Shown here: one piece after another, positions 30,670-40,812 of the stretch
Position numbering within the stretch: the stretch's first letter is position 1
Layout of the letters: each line of letters starts with the position of its first letter
Source: Candidatus Sulfomarinibacteraceae bacterium
GTDB lineage: Bacteria > Acidobacteriota > Thermoanaerobaculia > Thermoanaerobaculales > Sulfomarinibacteraceae
Length of the DNA stretch: 64,000 nucleotides
Assembly (NCBI GenBank): GCA_963796455.1
Contig: CAWCLO010000008.1
Coordinates: forward strand, 1 to 64,000
Reading direction: 5' to 3'
Program-made: the position numbers and the translations under genes
The notes under the pieces: model-generated
Database searches by the model: none
The model's input: the letters and a program-made list of their open reading frames with translations, nothing else
Told to the model about the DNA's origin: nothing

Positions 30670-32418
30670 ATGGTCGACATCGATCTCAGTCGTGACTCGA
30701 TAGCTCGCGTGCGCGAAGCCGCCGATGTGGTCGAAGTCGTGGGCGACCACGTCCGGCTGAAAAAGCGCGGTCGCACCTGGGAAGGCTTGTGTCCCTTCCA
30801 CGAGGAGAAGACCCCGTCGTTTTCGGTCGATGCCGAGAAGGGGCTCTACTACTGTTTTGGCTGCCACCAGGGCGGCGACATCTTCAAGTTCATCATGCAG
30901 CTCGAGCACCTCGAGTTTCCCGAAGCTGTGGAACGTCTTGCCCGGCGATTTGGAGTGCAACTTCCCCCCCGGAGCCCGGAGGCGGGGCGCCGTCGCCAGG
31001 AGGGTGACCGGCTCCGGAACCTGCTCGAGGAGGCGCAGCACTTTTTTTCCTCACGGCTCGAAGATGGGGAAGGATCGGCTGCCCGGTCCGAACTCGATCG
31101 TCGTGGATTCGCCAGAGAATCGTGGAGGAATTTTGGATTCGGCTTCGCGCCCGACGACTGGCGAAAGCTGCTCGAACACATGACGCGCCGCCACCCGGAA
31201 AGCCTTCTGATCGAAGCCGGGCTCGCCATCCGGCCGGAGAGCGGAACGGCGCCCTATGACCGTTTTCGGAATCGGCTTACCTTCCCCATCCGATCCGGGG
31301 ACGGCAGACTGATCGCCTTTGGCGGCCGAATACTTGGAGATGGTGAACCCAAATATCTCAATAGTCCCGAGAGTGCGATCTTCCACAAACGCTCGACGCT
31401 ATTCTGCCTCGATCTGGCGCGTCGGCCCATCGCTGATTCTGCGAGGGTCCTGGTGGTTGAAGGTTACTTCGACTGCCTCTCCCTGCATCGGGTAGGAATC
31501 GAGAATGCGGTGGCGACCCTCGGCACGGCGCTGACAACCGACCACGCGCGCTTGCTCAAACGGCGCCTCGGCCCGGAGGGTGTCGCCATCCTCTGCTACG
31601 ACGCTGATTCGGCGGGACGCAGGGCGGCGGCCACCGGTGCGGGAGTGCTTCTCGAGGCCGGTGTGGAGGTGGCCGTGCTGGTGCTGCCGCCGGGCAAGGA
31701 CCCGGATGACGTCATTCGGGAACAGGGAGTCGCGGCCTTCAAAGAGCTGCTTGTTCAGCCGACGCCGTTGCTCGAATTCCTGCTCGCGGATCTTCCCCTC
31801 GACCCGGCGGGTCGAAGGCGGGCCGGTTTGTTACTTGCGCCGTTGGTTTGTGCGGCATCAGATCCCGCGATCCGGCAGAATCTGGTCGAAGAACTGGCCC
31901 GGCAAATCTATCTGACGCCGCGCGAGGTCGAAGAGCAGGGTCAACGAGGACGCCGCGTGGCGCCGACCCCGCAGATCACCGCAAAAAAACCCCTCCCGCC
32001 CGGGGAACGTGAGCTTGCCCGGATCCTCCTCGAGTGCACCCCGGCCTGGCGGCAGAAGATCCTCGACCTCGTCCAGCTTGACTACATCGTCGATCCGCGT
32101 GTGCGGCGGCTCATGCAGGACGCCTCTGCGCTTTCGGATGGCGGCGAAGGGAGTGTCTTCGTCAGCAATCTGCTCGACAACTGCACAGACCCCGAGCTTG
32201 CGTCAATGGTTGCGGAGCTCAGCAACTCGCCGATGCCAGAGGTGACTGATGAATCGATACGGATTCAGCTGAAAACCTCTCTCGATCGCCAGGCGCGGGA
32301 AGGTGCGAGGCGTCTCGAGCCCCTTATCTCCGAGGCCGAAAAGCGGGGGGATCAGGAAGAAGTTGACCGATTATTGGCGGAAAAGACACGGCTGCGGCTG
32401 GATTCGGCAAAATTTTGA
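30670..32418 (+). CDS. dnaG: DNA primase
   Basis: CPFH.EKTPSF..CFGC zinc finger, FGGR, KYLNSPE, EGYFD, YDAD, DPDD. Confidence 0.98.
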   Translation: MVDIDLSRDSIARVREAADVVEVVGDHVRLKKRGRTWEGLCPFHEEKTPSFSVDAEKGLYYCFGCHQGGDIFKFIMQLEHLEFPEAVERLARRFGVQLPPRSPEAGRRRQEGDRLRNLLEEAQHFFSSRLEDGEGSAARSELDRRGFARESWRNFGFGFAPDDWRKLLEHMTRRHPESLLIEAGLAIRPESGTAPYDRFRNRLTFPIRSGDGRLIAFGGRILGDGEPKYLNSPESAIFHKRSTLFCLDLARRPIADSARVLVVEGYFDCLSLHRVGIENAVATLGTALTTDHARLLKRRLGPEGVAILCYDADSAGRRAAATGAGVLLEAGVEVAVLVLPPGKDPDDVIREQGVAAFKELLVQPTPLLEFLLADLPLDPAGRRRAGLLLAPLVCAASDPAIRQNLVEELARQIYLTPREVEEQGQRGRRVAPTPQITAKKPLPPGERELARILLECTPAWRQKILDLVQLDYIVDPRVRRLMQDASALSDGGEGSVFVSNLLDNCTDPELASMVAELSNSPMPEVTDESIRIQLKTSLDRQAREGARRLEPLISEAEKRGDQEEVDRLLAEKTRLRLDSAKF

Positions 32419-32690
32419 TATTTTTTGTCCGGTAGGGGTTGCCAAAATCGATTGAGCGACCCATATTCCTCTGGATGGCAATGTGGCCTGTCAGAAAGGC
32501 CGTTGCAGTGGCATTGAGCCCACACCGACATTATCTCGATGGAATACACCTTTGATGATTGACCCGTTGCGGGAATGGAAAGCCTGCGCAATGTGCTTTC
32601 CTCAAGGTGGTGCGCACGACAGGCGAGAGTGTTGACTATCGACTCTGGGTTTTCGGTGGACGTTCTTCAGTGCGGCATAGGAGGCGGCTA

Positions 32691-34406
<1,716 letters not shown>

Positions 34407-34445
34407 TTCAACCAGAAGGCTGTGCCAGGCCGCCTAGCGGCCTGG

Positions 34446-34569
34446 CTATGAGGCTTGAGGCCTGAGACCTGGGGCTTGCACGTTCAGAAGCGAGATCGAT
34501 CCTTTGAAGCCCCAAGCCCCAAGCCCCAAGCCCCAAGCCCCAAGCCCCAAGCCCCATGGCCCAAGCCCC
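34446..34569. repeat. Inverted heptamer arms (GGCTTGR / CAAGCCC)
   Basis: GGCTTGAGGCCTGAGACCTGGGGCTTG ... (CAAGCCC)n. Confidence 0.85.
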
Positions 34570-34572
34570 GAT

Positions 34573-34848
34573 CGTTGCTCTCAAAAACAAATCGTCATTC
34601 GAAGTTGCCCCGCGTCCGCGTCCGTGCCCGTATTGCAGCGTCAGCGACAGTGATCGGCGACAGGAAACAGCGACAGTGTCCAGCGTCAGAGATCAGGCCC
34701 AGTGATCAGGTGCCGTGACGACGTGGCCACCTCCGGGTCGCTCAACGGATCGGAGTAGCCGGTGGGCGGCCGCTGATCGCTGCTGCAGACAGCTGTTCCC
34801 CGTCGCTGTCCCTGAACCCTGCCGAGACTCTGTTTTTGGACAAAAGTT
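34573..34848 (+). mobile_element. ORF-less deletion derivative of the four-helix-bundle TIR element
   Basis: Shares ACAAATC, GTCCGCGTCCG, CGTGGCCACCTCCGGGTCG, GTAGCCGGTGGGCGGCCG and CCGAGACTC..TTGGACA with 9085-9939. Confidence 0.75.
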
Positions 34849-34917
34849 GCCCCAAGCCCCACGCCTCTTTTTGTCCTCCTTCTTGCTGTACGGACCCCGT
34901 CGCGCTACCATACGCCG

Positions 34918-34990
34918 GGGCCCATAGCTCAGCGGTCAGAGCCGCCGGCTCATAACCGGTCGGTCCCAGGTTCGAATCCTGGTGGGCCCA
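34918..34990 (+). tRNA. tRNA with CAT anticodon, probably tRNA-Ile2 (lysidine); CCA not encoded
   Basis: GGGCCCATAGCTCAGCGGTCAGAGC..CTCATAA..GGTTCGAATCC..TGGGCCCA; position downstream of rpoD. Confidence 0.9.
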
Positions 34991-35031
34991 TGGCTTGCGG
35001 TCCGCCGCGCAGGATGTTCTGAAGGAGTGAC

Positions 35032-35781
35032 ATGAGCAGCGTACAAAATGACCTCACCTCGCTGATTCGTCTCCAGAAAATCTATGATTCGATTTCGGAG
35101 GCGATCGCCGAACGCAACGCACCTCCTGAGGAGATTCGAGAGCTGCAAGAGGCCAACCGCTTGCGGCAAGAAGAGCTCGAAGAACTCGAAACGCAGATGG
35201 CGTCGCACGAAGAAGAGATCAAAGAGGTTCGTCGAAAAGAAGCCGAGTGGGAGCTCGAACTGGAACACTTCCAGAAACAAAAGAGCATCGTCACAAACGA
35301 ACGGGAGTTCACTGCTGTGATCTCAGAGATCGACTATGCGACCAAGGCGATCGAGGAAAGCGCCAGTCGCCGAGAAGAACTCGAAGCATCGATTGCTCAG
35401 ATCAGCGAAGAACTCGAAACTCGACGTAATTCCCGGCCCGAAGAGGAGACGGCTCACCGCGAGGTCATCGACAATTGGGAAACGAGGAAGACAGAACTTC
35501 TGCAACAGGTCCACGCTCTTTCGACGCAGGCCAAGGAGCTTGAAGAAGAGATCCAGCCGAAGGCCAGAGCGCGTTTTCTCAGGCTGCTGAAAAGCAAATC
35601 AGGGACGGCCATGTCGGAAGTGGTCGATGGTTCCTGTTCATTGTGCCACTTCGCGCTGAGACCTCACCTGCAGCAGCGGGTCCGCCGTTGTGAGGAGATC
35701 ATCGACTGCGAGCATTGCCACCGGATCTTGTATGCGAGCCTGAGCCTCATCCCGGACGAAGTCGACACTGTCGACGGTTGA
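35032..35781 (+). CDS. Coiled-coil protein with C-terminal C4 zinc ribbon (DUF164-like)
   Basis: Long coiled coil; CSLC..CEHCHRILY. Confidence 0.88.
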   Translation: MSSVQNDLTSLIRLQKIYDSISEAIAERNAPPEEIRELQEANRLRQEELEELETQMASHEEEIKEVRRKEAEWELELEHFQKQKSIVTNEREFTAVISEIDYATKAIEESASRREELEASIAQISEELETRRNSRPEEETAHREVIDNWETRKTELLQQVHALSTQAKELEEEIQPKARARFLRLLKSKSGTAMSEVVDGSCSLCHFALRPHLQQRVRRCEEIIDCEHCHRILYASLSLIPDEVDTVDG

Positions 35782-35784
35782 ACC

Positions 35785-36477
35785 GTGAGCAGCGGAATTG
35801 GCGAGCGCCTGGCAACGGTGAAGGAGCGGATTGCCGCGGCCGCGAGGGTCGCGGACCGTGATCCCGAATCCGTCACCCTGATTTCGGTTGGCAAGAAATT
35901 TCCGGCCGATGTCATCCGCTCGGCCGTGGCGGCAGGCGCGACCGATTTCGGTGAGAACCGCGTCCAGGAAGCCGTGGCCAAGAGACCCGAGGTCGAGAGC
36001 GGGCGATGGCACCTCATTGGTCCGCTGCAGCGGAACAAGGCTCGAGCGGCGCTCGAGGTCTTCGACATCATCCACACCATCGACCGTTCGGACATTGCCG
36101 ATCGCCTCCAGTTTCTGCTCGAACGAGACTGGCCGGATCGCCGGCTGGATGTCCTACTCGAGATCAACGTCGGTGCGGAATCACAAAAAGCAGGGGCGAC
36201 ACCTGGTGAGGCGGCCGCGCTCCTCGAGCACGTGCGTGGGTGTGACCGGTTGTGCGTCAAGGGCTTGATGGCGATCCCGCCGTGGGGGACGGAAGCTGAG
36301 GCCTCGCGGCCGTATTTCCGTGCCCTACGAGAGCTCCGGGACGACCTCGAACAGAAGAGCGGATCATTGCTTCCCGCGCTTTCCATGGGGATGAGCCAGG
36401 ATTTCGAGATCGCCATCTCCGAAGGCGCGACCATGGTGCGGGTCGGTACGGCGATCTTCGGGCCACGGGGGCGGTAG
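35785..36477 (+). CDS. yggS: PLP homeostasis protein YggS
   Basis: FGENRVQE, WHLIGPLQRNK, GLMAIP, LSMGMS.D, VRVGTAIFG. Confidence 0.96.
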   Translation: MSSGIGERLATVKERIAAAARVADRDPESVTLISVGKKFPADVIRSAVAAGATDFGENRVQEAVAKRPEVESGRWHLIGPLQRNKARAALEVFDIIHTIDRSDIADRLQFLLERDWPDRRLDVLLEINVGAESQKAGATPGEAAALLEHVRGCDRLCVKGLMAIPPWGTEAEASRPYFRALRELRDDLEQKSGSLLPALSMGMSQDFEIAISEGATMVRVGTAIFGPRGR

Positions 36478-36526
36478 GCGTCGAGCCGTTCGTTTCGAGC
36501 CAGATACTGGATACTAGATGCTGGAT

Positions 36527-36959
36527 CACTGCTGTCCAAAACAAATCGGCATGTGAGGTTGCGCACCAGGAAACACGAGATTTGCGGGTCGGTTTTTGGA
36601 AATTTCCGTTCGCGGTTGCCCTTGTCCGCGTCCGTGTCCTTGCCCGAATTGCAGCGGCAGCGACAGTGTCCAGGGGCAGCGACAGGGATCAGCGATCAGA
36701 GGCAGAAATCAGGTGCAGCGACGGCGTGGTCACCGCCGGGTCGTTCAATAAAAGGAACAGCCGTTGTGGTGTCGGCGTCTCGCTTGCCCACCGTGCGGCC
36801 GAGACGGCCGCACCACCAAGGGCGGAGTCCCGAAGAAACGAGTGCTGTTCACTGTCCCGGCCGCTGATCGCTGACGCTGATGACTGAACACTGCCGCTGG
36901 CGACTGTTTGCTGCCGCTGCCCCTGAACGCTATCCGAGACTCTGTCTTGGACAAGAGTA
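36527..36959 (+). mobile_element. ORF-less TIR element copy containing a REP-like doublet, flanked by ATGCTGGAT direct repeats
   Basis: CACTGCTGTCCAA ... TTGGACAAGAGTA; ATGCTGGAT at 36518 and 36960. Confidence 0.78.
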
Positions 36960-37077
36960 ATGCTGGATACTGGATACTCGATTCAGCCTGTCTCTTGAAA
37001 AGTCCCCTCAAACGCAAATCACCATCAGTTCCGGTGTAGCCCTTGACAATGCTTTGGGGTGAATCGACGATCTTGCC

Positions 37078-37196
37078 GCATCTAGCATCTAGCATCTAGC
37101 ATCTAGCATCTAGCATCTAGCATCTAGCATCTAGCATCTAGCATCTAGCATCTAGCATCTAGCATCTAGCATCTAGCATCTAGCATCTAGCATCCA
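37078..37196. repeat. Perfect heptamer tandem repeat (GCATCTA)x16 plus one variant unit
   Basis: Directly visible. Confidence 0.98.
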
Positions 37197-37303
37197 GTCT
37201 GCCGTTCGGTAAAACTTCCCCGAAATCTCAAAACCCGTGACATTTCCCTTGCTGATATGAATACTTTGTGAAAAAATTCTCATCCACTGGGCTGGGGGAA
37301 TCA

Positions 37304-38536
37304 ATGGACCGGAATGACGCTACAAATCTGGAGATCGAACGCGAGGTCAAGAGGCTGGCCGCCGACGCCAAACCTCGGTGTGTCGAGTTCCTCCACGACC
37401 TCGTCACGCTCCCTTCCCCGAGTCGCGGAGAACGTCTCGCATGTGAACGGGTCGTGCGCGAGATGGAGACCCTCGGGTATCGCGATGTCCATCTTGATGA
37501 GATGGGCAATGTCCTAGGGAGAATCGGATCGGGCCCCCGGGTCCTCGCCTTTGATGCTCATATCGATACGGTCGGCATTTCGAACCCGACCCGATGGCGC
37601 TACGATCCGTTTCGGGGGATCGTCACCGGTGGCACCCTTTACGGTCGCGGCGCCTCGGATCAGAAGGGCGGGCTGGCGGCAATCGTTCATGGTGCGGCGG
37701 TGGCTGATCAGGTTGGCCTGGCCAACGACGTGACGGTATGGGTCACGGCCACCGTCAATGGTGAAGACTGTGTCGGGCTTGCCTGGCAGTACATCCTCAA
37801 TGAAACAGAAATCCGTCCGGAAACCGTTGTGGTGGCGATGCCATCCCATCTGGGTGTTTGTTATGGCCAACGCGGACGCATGGAGGTTGAGATCGTGACC
37901 CCGGGTGTTTCCACCCACGGTTCGCAGCCGGATCGCGGGAAAAACGCGATCTCCGCCATGATGCCGGTCCTCGAAGGCCTGAATCGTTTGCATCGCGAAA
38001 TGAAAATCGAACACGAAATGTTGGGAAAAGGCTCATTGGCGGTGACCGGCATTTCGTCCCGGTCTCCGTCCTTGACCGCCATCCCGGACGAGTGCACGAT
38101 CCATATCGACCGCCGGTTGACCATCGGTGAAAAACCCGAAGATGCGATAGATCAGATCCAGGCCGTCGTCGACACTGCGGCGCCGGATGCCGAGGTCCGA
38201 ACACTCCATTATGATCTCGCCTCATGGCGGGGCTTCACCTACCCGACCGACAAGGTCTTCCCGGCCTGGGAGACTTCGGCCGAGAGTGCGGCCGTGCGAT
38301 CGGCGCTCACGACCGCAGAGCAGGTCCTCGGACGGTCGCCGCGAATTCATCGATCGGCTTTTTCCTCCCATGGTTGCGCCATCGCCGGCATCTTCGGGAT
38401 TCCGACGATCGGTTTCGGGCCGGCGGACGAGCTCCACTCCCACACCGTCAACGACCAGATTCCTCTCGCCCAACTCGAGCCCTCGATCGCCTTCTTTGCG
38501 ATGTATCCCGAGGCGTTTTTGCGCTCGAGCAGCTGA
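37304..38536 (+). CDS. M20 family (YgeY-like) hydrolase homologue with atypical active-site residues
   Basis: FDAHIDTVG, GRGASDQKGG, GQRGR, HGS.P..G.NA, IDRRLT, IGFGP. Confidence 0.85.
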   Translation: MDRNDATNLEIEREVKRLAADAKPRCVEFLHDLVTLPSPSRGERLACERVVREMETLGYRDVHLDEMGNVLGRIGSGPRVLAFDAHIDTVGISNPTRWRYDPFRGIVTGGTLYGRGASDQKGGLAAIVHGAAVADQVGLANDVTVWVTATVNGEDCVGLAWQYILNETEIRPETVVVAMPSHLGVCYGQRGRMEVEIVTPGVSTHGSQPDRGKNAISAMMPVLEGLNRLHREMKIEHEMLGKGSLAVTGISSRSPSLTAIPDECTIHIDRRLTIGEKPEDAIDQIQAVVDTAAPDAEVRTLHYDLASWRGFTYPTDKVFPAWETSAESAAVRSALTTAEQVLGRSPRIHRSAFSSHGCAIAGIFGIPTIGFGPADELHSHTVNDQIPLAQLEPSIAFFAMYPEAFLRSSS

Positions 38537-38593
38537 GGGGCTTCCAGTAGGCTCCGAGCTACCGGTTCACCGCTGCCCAGCGCCGATCTTCCT

Positions 38594-38820
38594 CTCCGAT
38601 CCCGATCCCGATCCCGTTCCCGACGAGATACTGGATACTCGATGCTCGATTCACACACCGATCGGAATCAGAGTTCCTGGGGTAGGCAACGGATCGAGTG
38701 TCGCTGTTGTCCAAGATACGGGCGACAGGGACAACGACAGGAACAGCGACAGCGGCAGGGAACAGCGACCGGGAACAGGGATCCGTGTTCAGCGGCAGCG
38801 ATCAGGAATCCAGGCCGCGA
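38594..38820. repeat. Composite of (CCGATC)n, GATACTG heptamers and a partial TIR element (38702-38820)
   Basis: CGCTGTTGTCCAAGA end; GTGTTCAGCGGCAGCGATCAGGAATCCAGG shared with other copies. Confidence 0.65.
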
Positions 38821-38898
38821 AGCGATAAAGGCATTCGATGCCTTGAGGTATTCCCTGGGTGAACGACCAAGTTCGAGCGCCTCCGGTTACCATGATCC

Positions 38899-39795
38899 AT
38901 GCCCGAACTCCCAGATCTCACGATCTATCTCGAGAGCTTACGCCGACTGGCCGTTGGTCGTGCTCTGGAGGAGCTCCGGGTGCTCAACCCGTTCGTCTTG
39001 AGGACCGTGAGTCCGGCTGCCGAGGATTTCAGGGGGCGGAAGCTTCACACCGTTTCCCGCCTTGGTAAGCGGATCGTGCTGGAATTCGATGGCGAGTTTT
39101 TTGTCGTCATCCATTTGATGATCGCCGGCAGGCTTCGTTGGCTCGAACGAAAGGCCACTGTGGCGAAGAGAGGCCCTTTGGCGGTTTTCGTTCTCACCGA
39201 CGGTCAACTCGTCCTGACTGAGGCGGGGTCCAAGAGACGGGCTTCGATCCACCTCGTGAGCGGGCGGGAAGCAGTTGACGAACATGATCCCGGTGGTCTC
39301 GAGGTGCTCGATGCCGACCTCCCAACCTTCCGGGCTGTGGTGGCCCGCGAGCGCCACACCCTGAAAAGAACGCTCACCGATCCGCGGATCCTGAGCGGCA
39401 TCGGCAACGCCTACTCCGATGAAATCCTGCATCGGGCGCGGCTGTCGCCCTTCAAGCTCAGCGACTCGTTGAGCGATGATGAATCGGAGCGTTTGTATCG
39501 CTCGACCATTGCGGTGCTTGGTGAATGGACCGAGCGGCTTCGGTCGGAGATCGGTGATGGTTTTCTTGACAAGGTCACCGCGTTTCGTCCGGAAATGGCG
39601 GTACATGGCCGTTTCAACCAACCATGCCCGGATTGCGGCGCCTCGGTGCAGCGGATCCGCTATGCGGCCAACGAGGCAAACTACTGCGCCGGGTGCCAGA
39701 CCGGTGGCCGGATCTTTGCCGATCGCTCGCTCTCCCGCCTCCTGAAGGCCGACTGGCCGAAGACCCTCGATGATCTGGAGAAGAAACCGCACTGA
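38899..39795 (+). CDS. Fpg/Nei family DNA glycosylase
   Basis: N-terminal PELP, R.GK, HLMIAG, GIGNAYSDEIL H2TH, C-terminal CPDC..CAGCQ zinc finger. Confidence 0.93.
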   Translation: MPELPDLTIYLESLRRLAVGRALEELRVLNPFVLRTVSPAAEDFRGRKLHTVSRLGKRIVLEFDGEFFVVIHLMIAGRLRWLERKATVAKRGPLAVFVLTDGQLVLTEAGSKRRASIHLVSGREAVDEHDPGGLEVLDADLPTFRAVVARERHTLKRTLTDPRILSGIGNAYSDEILHRARLSPFKLSDSLSDDESERLYRSTIAVLGEWTERLRSEIGDGFLDKVTAFRPEMAVHGRFNQPCPDCGASVQRIRYAANEANYCAGCQTGGRIFADRSLSRLLKADWPKTLDDLEKKPH

Positions 39796-40775
39796 AAACC
39801 ACGAGGTATCGAGGCGCGGAAAGAAAGCCCGCAGATCAAGCAGGGAGACGCTGATCCCTCGCGCTCGCTGTCGTCGCAAACACGAAGACACGAAGGCACG
39901 AAGGAGTCACACCAAGAAAACCACAGAGGCCCAGAGACACAGAGAGAACGCCCGCAGATCACGCAGATAGACGCAGATCCATGGCAAACGGTCTCGTTGC
40001 AGAAACGATTGCCCACAGATCACCCCGATGGACCCAGATACAGCCAAGAACGTCGCAACCACAGAGGCCCAGAGACACAGAGAGATCACAGAGGAGAAGT
40101 GCAGCCGAGACGGCTGCACCACCATGGTGGTGCACGCGTCTCGCGTGCACATTGATGAACCACGAAGAACGCAAAGAACGCAAAGGCTCGGTTGGCGAGC
40201 TTGTGAGGTGTTGCCATCAGTGTCGGCAGATCGACAGACGATTTCCAATCGCCTGTCACCGGTGAGAAGCGGGGTGACCCCGATCGCCAGCGCTCGGAGT
40301 CACCCCGCTCCCCACCGACCGGCACGCCTACGGCATGCCGGATCTGCCTTGCATCGGAGACCCCCTTCCTTGATTGAAGGATGGGAGAGGACGGAGGCGA
40401 GGCCTGCGCGGTCGCGCAGGCAGCTGAGTCAGGAAACCGCGACGAAAGCTGGTTTTCGGGGCGGTTTCCTGACCCAGCTGTACCCGGCCGCCGGATGGCG
40501 GCCGGGTCCTCGCCGGGCGGAGGAGCCCTCCGGGAAGTCCTCTGCGTCTCCGCGACTCTGCGCCTCTGCGTTCAATACACTTTTGGCAATATCGTTCCAG
40601 CAGTTCGGCTGCCATTGCGCCTTCGCGTCTTTCCGCCTTTGCGTTGATCAACCCCGACGCTGACGCCGTTCGACTGCGGAGATGGCTGATGCCCTCGCAA
40701 TCAAGCTGGCATCTGCGTCAATCTGCGTGATCTGCGGGCATATTGCGCTGCTTTTTGGTGCCGTGGTGGTTGCGA
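39796..40775. repeat. Nested inverted triplet-motif arms around a multi-hairpin core
   Basis: CGCAGAT/CACAGAG/CACGAAG/CGCAAAG clusters on the left; CTCTGCG/CTTTGCG/ATCTGCG clusters on the right; several long stems between. Confidence 0.8.
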
Positions 40776-40812
40776 CGGGCGGGATGGTTCGAAGTTTCGG
40801 CGTCGCCGTGCT

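Noticed and set aside
32436..32468. Sigma32-like promoter (GTTGCCAAAA...CCCCATAT) upstream of rpoD
   Set aside because: The -35 match is weak and cannot be supported from sequence alone
39796..40200. CRISPR-like array of ~29-nt repeats with unique linkers
   Set aside because: Units belong to several different motif types, spacing is irregular, and there are no cas genes in the window
40028..40663. 211-aa ORF in the fpg-radA spacer
   Set aside because: Runs through repeats and hairpins, low-complexity composition, no RBS or family motif
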